In this document: in pieces, positions 9,301-18,279 of the stretch
How the letters are laid out: each line of letters starts with the position of its first letter
Position numbering within the stretch: the stretch's first letter is position 1
Assembly: GCA_964291285.2 (NCBI GenBank)
Contig: OZ219788.1
Location: 608,001 to 672,000 of the forward strand
Source of the DNA: Alphaproteobacteria bacterium
GTDB lineage: Bacteria > Pseudomonadota > Alphaproteobacteria > Bin95
Direction: 5' to 3'
DNA length: 64,000 bases
Notes under the pieces: model-generated
Database searches by the model: none
The model's input: the letters and a program-made list of their open reading frames with translations, nothing else
What the model was told of the DNA's origin: nothing
Translations under genes and position numbers: made by a program

Positions 9301-9687
9301 ATGCCGGCCGACCCGATCCTGCGCGCCCGCGCCCGCCGCCTCCGCAGGGACCAGACCGACGCGGAACGCACGCTCTGGCAGAGGCTGCGCGGCAGGCGGC
9401 TGGGCGGCCTCAAATTCCGCCGCCAGCATGTCGTCGGGCCCTGGATCCTGGACTTCTACTGCCCCGAATGCCGGCTCGCCGTGGAGCTGGACGGCGGCCA
9501 GCACAACGAGGCGGAGAACAGGCGCCGGGACGAGGCGCGCACGGCCCTCCTGGAGGACCGGGGCGTGGCGGTGCTGCGCTATTCCAATCTGGAAGCGCTC
9601 AGGGAGACCGATGCCGTGCTCGAAGACATCGCCCGCCATGCAGCCGGCAGGCGGCCGGCCGCGTCCCCGGAGAAGAAGCGCCCGTGA
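9301..9687 (+). CDS. DUF559 / Vsr-like endonuclease
   Basis: ARRLRRDQTDAERTLW..KFRRQH..ILDFYC..LAVELDGGQH..D..R..L...G..VLRYSN. Confidence 0.92.
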   Translation: MPADPILRARARRLRRDQTDAERTLWQRLRGRRLGGLKFRRQHVVGPWILDFYCPECRLAVELDGGQHNEAENRRRDEARTALLEDRGVAVLRYSNLEALRETDAVLEDIARHAAGRRPAASPEKKRP

Positions 9688-9970
9688 AGCCCCGGCAGAT
9701 GCCCGTCGCGCCGAGAGAGCCCCCACCCGGCCTGCCCGCCAAGCGGGGGAGGGGAAGACAGGAGCAGGCGGGTGGAGCGGCGGCGAGGAAATCCCCTCTC
9801 CCCGCTTGCGGGGAGAGGACGGGTGAGGGGGCCGCCGGCAGGCGGCGGGCGAAGCCCCGGGAGACGCCCGTCGCGCCGAGAGAGCCCCCGCCCGGCCTGC
9901 CCGCCGAGCGGGAGGGGAGTAAGAAACGCAGGCGAAGGAGGGGAAGACGGGAGCAGGCGGAGGAGGGGTT
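9688..9970. repeat. REP/BIME-like palindrome array, right of DUF559
   Basis: Same unit as 8646-9240 in the same orientation, one shortened unit plus a partial unit. Confidence 0.85.
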
Positions 9971-9984
9971 GAAACGGGGGCGCG

Positions 9985-12009
9985 TCAGCGCATGGCGGCG
10001 GCGATGTTGCCGCCGTCCACGGTGAGCACCGCGCCGGTGGTCCTGCGCGCGCGGGCGAGGTCGGTGAAGGCGCGGGCCACGTCCGCCGCCCGCACCTCGC
10101 GGCCGAGCAGGTTGCCGCGCATGTAGCCGGCCTCGCTGACGCCCCGCGCCTTCGCCCTGGCCGCCACCATGGCGCCGTCCAGCAGGCCGCTGCGGATGCG
10201 GTCGGCGTTGACGGCGTTGGACGCGATGCCGTCGCGCCCGTGGTCGACGGCATACTGGCGCATGAGGGCCAGGGTCGCGGCCTTGGCGACGCCGTAGGGG
10301 CCGAAGTCCGGGCCGGGATTGACCGCCTGCTTGGAGGCGTTGAAGAGCAGGCTGCCGCCCGTGCCCTGCGCCCGCATGATGCGCACCGCCGCCTGCGCGA
10401 CCCGCTGGTGGGCGAAGAAGTTGAGCTCGAAGCTCCGGCGCAGCGCCGCGTCCGCGACCTCGCCGATGCGCCCCTGCCAGGCCGCGCCGGCGTTCGAGAC
10501 CAGGATGTCGACGCCGCCATGGCGCCGGCAGACCTCGGCGAAGGCCGCCTCGACCGCCTCCGGGCGGGTGACGTCGCAGGCGATCGTGTCCGGGCCGGCC
10601 TCCAGGTCGAGGCCGACCGGCTCCGCCCCCTCGGCGCGGAACGCCGCCATTGTGGCCCGGCCGATGGCGCCCGCCGCCCCCGTCACCACCGCCACCTGCC
10701 CGGCGAGCGGCGGCGGCGCGGCCCGGCCGAGCTTCGCCTGCTCCAGCGGCCAGTATTCGATGTCGAACAGGTCCGCCTCGCCGATGCTGGCGAACCGCCC
10801 GATGCGCTCGGCGTCGGCGATGATGTCGACCGCGGCTTCGGCGAGGTCGGCGGCGATGGCCGCGGCCTTCGCGTCCCGGCCCGCGGCGAAGAGGCCCACG
10901 CCCGGGGCCAGCAGCACGCGCGGGGCGGGGTCGAGCGCCGTCAGGCCGCCGCCGGCGCGCGCATTGCCGCGCTCGAAATACGCCGTGTAGTCCGCCTCGA
11001 ACCTGCGGACCGCCGCCGCCGCCTCCCTCGCGAACGCCGCCGCCGCGCCCGCCCGCGCCGGCGGCAGCAGCACCGGCCATGACTTGACCCGGAGCGCATG
11101 GTCGGGCGTGACCGTGCCGGCGAGCCCGTAGCGGGCGACCTCCGCCCCGTCCACGAAGCGCCGGACATGCTCGCCGCCCCGGAAGGCGAGCAGGAAGCGC
11201 GCCGGCTCGCCGTCCGGCTCCGGCGCGGGCCGGGCGAGCAGGCCGCGCAGGACGGGCGCGACCTCCTCCGGCGCGGCCGGCCGGTCGGGCAGCCGGGCGC
11301 TCTGGAAGACCTTCGCCGGGGCGGCGGCCAGGCGGGCTTCCGCGAGGCTCGCGAGGCGGATCATGCGCTCATAGGATTCGCGCGCCGTCTCGCCGAAGGT
11401 GAAGACGCCGTGGTTCAGCAGGACCAGGCCCTCGCAGTCCGGCTGCGCCTCGAAGAGCTCGGCGGCTTTCCGCGCGAGCCGGAAGCCCGGCATGATGTAG
11501 GGCACGAGCGCGACCTTTTCGCCGAAGACCTCGCGGCAGAGCGCCGCCCCGTCCGGCTGGTCGGTCAGCGCCAGCACGGCGTTGGCGTGGGTGTGGTCGA
11601 TATAGCGGTGCGGCAGGAAGGCGTGCAGCAGGGTCTCGACCGAGGGCGCCGGCGCGGCGGGGTCGAGCAGGTTGGCGCGGTGGGCGGCCACCATGTCCCC
11701 GTCGGAGAGCGCGTCGCGCTGCCGGAGGCGCCGGAGCGGCTCCAGCCGGACCGCGGGCAGGCCGGGCGGCTCGATCCGCGCCATGTCCCAGCCCGAGCCC
11801 TTGACGCGGAGCACCTCCACCTCGTCGCCGGCGAGGTCGGTCATGCGGGTCTTGAGCGAGGTGTTGCCGCCGCCGTGCAGCACGAGGCGCGGCTCGCCGC
11901 CGAGGAGGCGCGTCGTATAGACCCGGAGCGCCAGGTCCCGGTCCGCGCCCTCCGCGCCGTAGCGGGCGACCGCCGCCTCCGCCTCCCGGTCGGACCAGAG
12001 ACTCTCCAT
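9985..12009 (-). CDS. bifunctional class II aldolase / short-chain dehydrogenase
   Basis: LVLHGGGNTS, PSVETLLH, HTH, NHG aldolase motifs; TGAAGAIG, NAG, YGVAK SDR motifs. Confidence 0.92.
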   Translation of the reverse strand: MESLWSDREAEAAVARYGAEGADRDLALRVYTTRLLGGEPRLVLHGGGNTSLKTRMTDLAGDEVEVLRVKGSGWDMARIEPPGLPAVRLEPLRRLRQRDALSDGDMVAAHRANLLDPAAPAPSVETLLHAFLPHRYIDHTHANAVLALTDQPDGAALCREVFGEKVALVPYIMPGFRLARKAAELFEAQPDCEGLVLLNHGVFTFGETARESYERMIRLASLAEARLAAAPAKVFQSARLPDRPAAPEEVAPVLRGLLARPAPEPDGEPARFLLAFRGGEHVRRFVDGAEVARYGLAGTVTPDHALRVKSWPVLLPPARAGAAAAFAREAAAAVRRFEADYTAYFERGNARAGGGLTALDPAPRVLLAPGVGLFAAGRDAKAAAIAADLAEAAVDIIADAERIGRFASIGEADLFDIEYWPLEQAKLGRAAPPPLAGQVAVVTGAAGAIGRATMAAFRAEGAEPVGLDLEAGPDTIACDVTRPEAVEAAFAEVCRRHGGVDILVSNAGAAWQGRIGEVADAALRRSFELNFFAHQRVAQAAVRIMRAQGTGGSLLFNASKQAVNPGPDFGPYGVAKAATLALMRQYAVDHGRDGIASNAVNADRIRSGLLDGAMVAARAKARGVSEAGYMRGNLLGREVRAADVARAFTDLARARRTTGAVLTVDGGNIAAAMR

Positions 12010-12090
12010 CAGCCGCCGCGCCCCCTTGCCCGCCGCCGTCGGGGCGGAGAGTAGCACGCCCGGGCCCGCAAGCTGCTAGTCTCGCGCCCC

Positions 12091-12780
12091 ATGCCCTTCA
12101 TGCCGATCCATGACGACAACGAGCGCACGCGCATCGAGACGCCCTTCGTCACCTGGGGGGCGATCCTCGTCTGCGTTGTCGCGTTCATCTGGCAGTCGAG
12201 CCTGCCGGAGGCGGTGGAATACCGCCGGCTGCTGGCGCTCGGCTTCGTGCCGGGGCGGCTGCTGGGCGAGCTGCAGCTGCGCCCCGACCTCGCCATCCTG
12301 CCCGCGCCCTTCTCGCTGGTGACGACGCAGTTCCTGCACGGCGACTTCGCCCACCTGCTCGGCAACATGGCCTTCCTCTACATCTTCGGCGACAATGTCG
12401 AGGACGCGATGGGCCATCTGCGCTTCGCCCTGTTCTTCCTGCTTTGCGGCGTGCTGGCCGCGCTTGCGCACGGGGTGACGGACCCCGCCTCGGCCGTGCC
12501 GCTGATCGGCGCGAGCGGGGCCATATCGGGCATATTGGGGGCCTATCTGGTGCTGAGCCCGCGGGCGCGCATCCTGGTGCTGTTCTTCGTCGTGCCGCTG
12601 CGCCTGCCGGCCTGGCTGCTGGTCCTGGGCTGGTTCGCGGTGCAGTTCTTCTTCGGCCTCTCGACCTTCGGCGAGGACGCGAAGGTCGCCTACTGGGCGC
12701 ATATCGGCGGCTTCGCGGCCGGCATTGCGCTGCTGCCCCTCTTCAGGGCCTCCTGGCCACGCCCGGACGAAGCCGGCTGA
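12091..12780 (+). CDS. rhomboid intramembrane serine protease
   Basis: HLLGNM, GASG, AHIGG motifs; hydrophobic. Confidence 0.93.
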   Translation: MPFMPIHDDNERTRIETPFVTWGAILVCVVAFIWQSSLPEAVEYRRLLALGFVPGRLLGELQLRPDLAILPAPFSLVTTQFLHGDFAHLLGNMAFLYIFGDNVEDAMGHLRFALFFLLCGVLAALAHGVTDPASAVPLIGASGAISGILGAYLVLSPRARILVLFFVVPLRLPAWLLVLGWFAVQFFFGLSTFGEDAKVAYWAHIGGFAAGIALLPLFRASWPRPDEAG

Positions 12781-14215
12781 AGGCGAGCGCGCCCGGATCG
12801 GCCGCCACTGGGCCCGGCGCAGCCGCGATCAGCACCTCGCCCGCGATCGGCCCGAAATCGGCGCGGAAATGCACCGAACTCTTGAGCGCGAGGATGCGGC
12901 AGTCCGAAGGCTCCACGCCCAGATGGCGGAACATCTCCCTGTCCGCCGCCTGCACCTTGCGGCTGGCGACGGCGACCTGCACGCCGCCCGGAAGCTCCAG
13001 CAGCGCCATCGGCCCGAGCTGCATCCGGTTGCCGCCGTAGAACGGCCCCGTGCAGGTGAAGCTCCCGTCGCCGAGCTTGCGCACGACGGCATCCGTCTCG
13101 AACGGCGCGTCGCCCGGTATGCCGGAACGCCCGCCGAGCGCCAGCGCGAGCCGCCCGCCTTCGCCCGCCTCGTGAGCGGCGGTGGCGGCTTCCGGGTCGA
13201 TCAGCAGGCCCAGAACCGCGCCTTCGGGCCGTGCGGCCGCGAGCGCGCGCAAGAGGCCCGTCGTGTCGCCGTCGCCGCCGCCGCCCGGATTGTCGCAACT
13301 GTCCGCGATGACCGCGGGCCGGCCGGGACGCCCGGTCCGGTCCGCGCGCGCGACCGCCTCTTCGGGCGAGAGGAAATCGGCGTCGAACCGCCCGCGCGCC
13401 GCCAGCACCGCCTCCGCCAGCGCGTCCGCAGCCTCCATGGCGCTTCGCTCGTCGCCGGCATAGGCGAGCGCGGCCGGGCCGCAGTCCGGCGTGTCGGCGA
13501 GCGGGAAGCCGCCGGCGAGCGACACGGAGCGGACGGCGCCCCGCTCGCGCCCGTCGAGGCCCGCATAGAGGCCCGCCGCCGGCTCGACCAGCGTGCATTG
13601 CGCGGTGAGCGGGATGAGGAAGGGGATCTGCCGGAACCCCTTGGCCGGCCGTCCCTCGGCGAGGATGCGCTCCAGCAGGCGGGCCGTGCGCGCGCCCGTC
13701 TCCGCCATGTCGACATGCGGGTAGGTGCGGAACACGACCAGCGCATCCGCCCGGTCCGCCATCGTCGGCGAGACATTGGCATGCAGGTCGAGGCTCGCCA
13801 CCAGCGGGATATCCGGGCCGATGACGGCGCGCACGCGGCGCAGCAGCTCGCCCTCGCCGTCCTCCAGATGCTCGGCCACCATCGCGCCGTGCAGGTCCAG
13901 ATAGACCGCGTCCACCGGCCCGGCGTCCCGGAGGCCGTCCACGATCATGCCGGCAATGCGCTCATAGGCCTCCTCCTCGACCTGGGCCGAGGGGCTGGCG
14001 TTCGCCCAGGCCAGCGGCGCGAAGTCCCGGCCCGATGCCCGCGCCGCCTCCAGGAAGCCCGCTATCGGCAGGTTAATGCCGGCCGTGTCGGCAAGAACGG
14101 CCTCGCCCCGGCAGAGCCCCGGCCAGCCGTCCGCCCGCCGGAACATCTCGAAGCTTGCCTTTGTCGGCGCAAAAGTATTGGTCTCATGGTGAAATCCGCC
14201 GACCGCAATCCGCAT
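12743..14215 (-). CDS. M81 family metallopeptidase (MlrC-like)
   Basis: HETNTF, LDLHGAM, DLHAN, YPHVD, DNPGGG, KSSVHFRA motifs. Confidence 0.93.
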   Translation of the reverse strand: MRIAVGGFHHETNTFAPTKASFEMFRRADGWPGLCRGEAVLADTAGINLPIAGFLEAARASGRDFAPLAWANASPSAQVEEEAYERIAGMIVDGLRDAGPVDAVYLDLHGAMVAEHLEDGEGELLRRVRAVIGPDIPLVASLDLHANVSPTMADRADALVVFRTYPHVDMAETGARTARLLERILAEGRPAKGFRQIPFLIPLTAQCTLVEPAAGLYAGLDGRERGAVRSVSLAGGFPLADTPDCGPAALAYAGDERSAMEAADALAEAVLAARGRFDADFLSPEEAVARADRTGRPGRPAVIADSCDNPGGGGDGDTTGLLRALAAARPEGAVLGLLIDPEAATAAHEAGEGGRLALALGGRSGIPGDAPFETDAVVRKLGDGSFTCTGPFYGGNRMQLGPMALLELPGGVQVAVASRKVQAADREMFRHLGVEPSDCRILALKSSVHFRADFGPIAGEVLIAAAPGPVAADPGALAFSRLRPGVARRP

Positions 14216-14261
14216 GGGCCCCGCCTCCCGCCGCCGCCCGCGACGCTAACAGAAAGGCCGA

Positions 14262-15608
14262 TTGCCGCCCATGCGCCTGCGCCGCCGCCTCGTCCTCGGC
14301 CATCTGGCCGACCTCTACCGGCTCGCCCTGCCCGTCGTGGTGAGCCGGGCCGGCGTGCTGGCGATGACGGTGGCCGACACGATCATCGTCGGCCGCTACT
14401 CCTCGGCGGAGCTCGGCTATCTCTCGCTCGGCGTCGCGGTCTATCTGCCGCTGCTGCTGACCGTGATGGGGCTGCTGACCGGCACCACCGTCGCGGCGGC
14501 GCAGGCCATGGGGCGCGGCGAGGAGGCCGAGAGCGGGGCGGCCTGGCGGCGCGCGCTGCCGGTCGCGTTCGGTTTCGGCGCTCTCGGCCTGTTGCTCGGG
14601 CTGTTCGGGCGGGAGGTCCTGCTGCTCACCGGGCAGAGCGGGGATGTGGCGGCGGGCGCGGGCCGGGTGTTCTTCATCCTCGCGCTCGGCTATCCGGCCG
14701 CCTTCCTCTATTTCGCCACCGCCTTTTTCCTCGAAGGCGTCCGGCGCCCGCGGCCGGCCGCCTGGGCCATCGTCGCCGCCAACCTGGTGAACATCCCGGC
14801 CGATCTCATCCTCGTGCATGGCTGGCTCGGTGCGCCGGAACTCGGCGCGGAAGGCTCTGCCTGGGCCACCACCGGCATACGCTGGGGGCTCGCGTCGTTC
14901 CTGCTCGCCTGGGCCTGGTGGATGCCGGACCGGGCGCGGCTGGGCGTCCGCGCCCGCGCCGGCTGGGCCTGGCGGCGCTGGCGGGTGCAGCGTGTGGTGG
15001 GCTATGCCGCGGCCGTCGCCATCGCCGTCGAGATGGGGGCCTTCACCGCCATCCACCTGTTCGCCGGCTGGCTCGGCACGGTCCCGCTTGCGGTCTTCAC
15101 CATCGTGCTGAACGTGATTTCGGTCATCTTCATGGTCGCCAACGGCGTCGGCATCGCCACCAGCGTTCGCATCGGCAATGCCTGGGGGCGCGGCGACCGC
15201 CGGCGCTGGATCGCGGCCGGCTGGATGGGGCTTGCGGTCACGATCTTCCTCATGGCCGTCGCGGGCGCGCTCATGGCGCTGTTCGCCCGGCCGCTCGCCG
15301 CCATCTACTCGTCGGAAGCCGCCGTGCTTGCAGCCGCCGTCCCGGTGCTGGTGCTGGCCGGACTCATGCCCCTCTTCGACGGCGGGCAGACGCTGATGCT
15401 GAACGCGCTGCGCGGCTGCGCCGACGCCTGGGTGCCGACGGCGCTCCAGGCCTTCGCCTTCATCGGCTGCATGGTGCCGCTCTCGCTGCTGCTCGCCTTC
15501 GGGCTGGAGCGCGGCGTGGCCGGGCTGTTTGAGGCGGTGATCCTCTCGACCGCCCTTTCGCTGGGGCTTCTGTGCGCGCGCTTCGTCATGCTATCGCGAC
15601 GGCCGTGA
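14262..15608 (+). CDS. MATE family efflux transporter
   Basis: About 12 TM helices; DTIIVGRY, PELGAEGSAWAT, RIGNAWG motifs. Confidence 0.9.
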   Translation: MPPMRLRRRLVLGHLADLYRLALPVVVSRAGVLAMTVADTIIVGRYSSAELGYLSLGVAVYLPLLLTVMGLLTGTTVAAAQAMGRGEEAESGAAWRRALPVAFGFGALGLLLGLFGREVLLLTGQSGDVAAGAGRVFFILALGYPAAFLYFATAFFLEGVRRPRPAAWAIVAANLVNIPADLILVHGWLGAPELGAEGSAWATTGIRWGLASFLLAWAWWMPDRARLGVRARAGWAWRRWRVQRVVGYAAAVAIAVEMGAFTAIHLFAGWLGTVPLAVFTIVLNVISVIFMVANGVGIATSVRIGNAWGRGDRRRWIAAGWMGLAVTIFLMAVAGALMALFARPLAAIYSSEAAVLAAAVPVLVLAGLMPLFDGGQTLMLNALRGCADAWVPTALQAFAFIGCMVPLSLLLAFGLERGVAGLFEAVILSTALSLGLLCARFVMLSRRP

Positions 15609-16066
15609 CGCATCCGGTTGAGAAGATCGTTTCCGGCGGGCAGACCGGCGCGGACCGGGCCGGGCTCGACGCCGCGCTGGCGCTCGGCCTCGCCGTCGGC
15701 GGCTGGTGCCCGCGCGGGCGGCGCGCCGAGGACGGGCCGATACCTCCGCAATATCCCCTGGAGGAGACGGCGAGTGCCGCCTACCGCGTCCGGACCCGGA
15801 TGAATGTCCGCGACAGCGACGCGACGCTGATCCTCTGCCGGGGGCCGCTCACCGGCGGCACGAAGCTGACGGCCTCCATCGCGCGCAGGATGGGGCGCCC
15901 GCTGCGCATCGCCGACCTCTCGCGCCGCGTGCAGGCGCCCGCCGCCGCGGCATGGCTGCGCAAGCACAATGCCGTCCGGCTCAACATTGCCGGCCCGCGC
16001 GAGAGCCAGGCGCCCGGCATCGGCGCCGAGGCCCGGCGCTTCCTCATGCGCGTCCTCGCCCCGTGA
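15605..16066 (+). CDS. putative molybdenum carrier / SLOG-family protein
   Basis: KIVSGGQTGADRAGLD, GGWCPRGR, RTRMNVRDSDATL, LNIAGPRES. Confidence 0.9.
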   Translation: MTHPVEKIVSGGQTGADRAGLDAALALGLAVGGWCPRGRRAEDGPIPPQYPLEETASAAYRVRTRMNVRDSDATLILCRGPLTGGTKLTASIARRMGRPLRIADLSRRVQAPAAAAWLRKHNAVRLNIAGPRESQAPGIGAEARRFLMRVLAP

Positions 16067-17556
16067 ACGGAGAGGAGGAGTTCGGCGGCAAGGACCTTTC
16101 GGCGCTCAGGCGGGCGTCGATCCTCGCCGCCGTGACGCTCTCGACGACGCTCTACGGCACCACCGTGCTCGTCGTCTCGACCGTGCTGCCGCAAATGCAG
16201 GGCTCGCTCTCCGCCACCCAGGACCAGATCGCCTGGGCGATGACCTTCAACATCGTCGCGACTGCCATCGTGACGCCGATGACGGGCTGGCTGACGGGCC
16301 GCTTCGGACGCCGCGCGGTCATGCTCTGGGGCATGGCGATCTTCGGCGCGGCGACGCTCGGCTGCGGTTTCGCGACCTCGCTGGAGACGCTCGTGGTCTT
16401 CCGCGTCATCCAGGGCGCGGCGGGGGCGCCGATCATCCCGCTCGCCCAGGCCATCACCCAGGACAGCTATCCACGCGCGCAGCACGGCACCGCCATGGCG
16501 GCGTTCGGCATGGGCGTCGTCGTCGGGCCGGTGATCGGCCCCGTCGTCGGCGGCTATCTCACCGAGGTCTACAACTGGCGTTGGGCCTTTTTCATGGTTG
16601 TGCCGGTGGCGGGCGCGAGCTGGCTCGCCATGTGGCTGGTGCTGACCGACGGCGGCAGGCTCCGGCTCGCGCGCCTCGACTGGACGGGGTTCCTCGCGCT
16701 CTCCGTCGCGGTCGTCTGCTTCCAGCTGATGATGGACCGGGGCGAGCGCCGCGACTGGTTCGACTCGACCGAGATCCTGCTGGAAGCCTGCCTGGCCGGT
16801 ATCGGCCTCTACCTCTTCCTGGCCCACAGCCTGACCACCCGGCGCCCCTTCCTGAACCTGAAGCTGCTGCTGGACCGGAACTATGCGCTCGGGCTCTGCA
16901 TCGTCGGCATATACGGCATGCTCAACTTCACCCCGATGGTGATGCTGCCGCCGATGCTGCAGGACCTTGCAGGTTTCCCGAACGCGGTGGTGGGCCAGCT
17001 GGTGGCCGCGCGGGGCGTGGGCGCGATCCTGGGATTCTTCCTCGCCATGTATGTTGGCAGGCTCGACCCGCGCATCGGCATGAGCGCGGGCTTCTCCATC
17101 ATGGCGGCGTCCGGCTGGATCATGATGCAGTTCGACGCCAACGCCACCTGGTGGGACGTGGCGCTGGTCTCCTGGATGCAGGGCATCGCCGTCGGCATCA
17201 CCTGGGTGCCGCTCACGGTCGCGACCTTCTCGACCCTGCCCCCGCGCTACCTGGCGGAGACCTCCTCGGTCTATCACCTGATGCGCAACCTGGGCTCCAG
17301 CTTCTTCATTTCGGTGAGTGTGACCGTGCTGGTGCGCACCGGAGGCGAGAACTACGGACGGCTCACCGAATTCGTCTCGCCCTACAACGAGGCGCTGGCG
17401 GTCATCGACACGGGCACGGCGTCGGGCCTCGCCGCGCTCAGCAGCGAGATCGGGCAGCAGGCCGCGATGATCGGCTATCTCAACGCCTTCACCGCCTACA
17501 CGGCCGTCGCGCTCGCCGCGCTCCCGCTGCTCCTCCTGATGCGCATAAGGCGCTGA
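16063..17556 (+). CDS. DHA2 family MFS efflux permease (EmrB/QacA-like)
   Basis: About 14 TM helices; GWLTGRFGRR, RVIQG, GPVIGPVVGG, WRWAF, DRGERRDWF. Confidence 0.9.
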   Translation: MNGEEEFGGKDLSALRRASILAAVTLSTTLYGTTVLVVSTVLPQMQGSLSATQDQIAWAMTFNIVATAIVTPMTGWLTGRFGRRAVMLWGMAIFGAATLGCGFATSLETLVVFRVIQGAAGAPIIPLAQAITQDSYPRAQHGTAMAAFGMGVVVGPVIGPVVGGYLTEVYNWRWAFFMVVPVAGASWLAMWLVLTDGGRLRLARLDWTGFLALSVAVVCFQLMMDRGERRDWFDSTEILLEACLAGIGLYLFLAHSLTTRRPFLNLKLLLDRNYALGLCIVGIYGMLNFTPMVMLPPMLQDLAGFPNAVVGQLVAARGVGAILGFFLAMYVGRLDPRIGMSAGFSIMAASGWIMMQFDANATWWDVALVSWMQGIAVGITWVPLTVATFSTLPPRYLAETSSVYHLMRNLGSSFFISVSVTVLVRTGGENYGRLTEFVSPYNEALAVIDTGTASGLAALSSEIGQQAAMIGYLNAFTAYTAVALAALPLLLLMRIRR

Positions 17557-17571
17557 CGGGCGGCGGGCGGC

Positions 17572-17886
17572 TTACGGCTCGCTGTCTTCCCGAAAGCGCT
17601 CGGCCCGGTGCATGCGTTCGTGGAGCACCGTCACGATGCCGATGGCTCCGTCGCCCAGGGTCTTCCAGTAAACGAAATGCCGGCGATAGCGGAAGACAAA
17701 GCCCTCCACCCCGAGCTCCGCCGGAACGGGGCGCGACAGGACCGCGCCGGTCGCGATGCCTTCGAAGGCTTCGAACAGTCCGGTAACGTAGGCTTGCGCC
17801 TGTTCTTCGCCCCAGCGTTCGCGGCTGTAGCGGTAGATTTCCTCGATGCGGACTGCTGCGGCTCTCTGGACGCGCACCAGCGTCAT
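17572..17886 (-). CDS. parE: ParE/RelE family toxin
   Basis: IYRYSRERWGEEQAQAY..HFVYW..IVTVLHERM; overlaps the antitoxin stop. Confidence 0.88.
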   Translation of the reverse strand: MTLVRVQRAAAVRIEEIYRYSRERWGEEQAQAYVTGLFEAFEGIATGAVLSRPVPAELGVEGFVFRYRRHFVYWKTLGDGAIGIVTVLHERMHRAERFREDSEP

Positions 17887-18149
17887 GCGCCGGGCTGCAC
17901 CCCGCTTCGCGCGATTACGTCCTTGGCGGTCAGCGCGTGGTAGGTGTCGTCCGGCGCTGCAAAAGCGCGTTCCAGCTCCGCCTTGAGACGGTCGAAGGCC
18001 TCCTGCTCCGAGCGGGCCTTGTCGCGCCGTATCAGGTCGCGGACATACTCGCTGACGCTCTCATAGTCGCCGTTCTCGCCGACATTGGCCGCAACGAAGT
18101 CTCTGAGCGGGCCGCTCAGGCGAACCGTCATCGTCATTGCGCGCCCCAT
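17883..18149 (-). CDS. parD: ParD-like RHH antitoxin
   Basis: MTVRLSG..GDYESVSEYVRDLIRRD; directly upstream of the toxin. Confidence 0.88.
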   Translation of the reverse strand: MGRAMTMTVRLSGPLRDFVAANVGENGDYESVSEYVRDLIRRDKARSEQEAFDRLKAELERAFAAPDDTYHALTAKDVIARSGVQPGA

Positions 18150-18279
18150 GGACCGGCCCTCCCGCTCAATGCGTGTTTATATTGACCAATATCGAATACA
18201 TACGCAACGCGCCGCTTTCCCCTTCCGCACCGGCCGTCGGCGTGTCAGAATTCCGGCGTCAGGCGAGGGAGACGGGGCG

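Noticed and set aside
8634-9970. CRISPR array
   Set aside because: Units are ~208-bp near-identical blocks with no unique spacers, and no cas genes are present.
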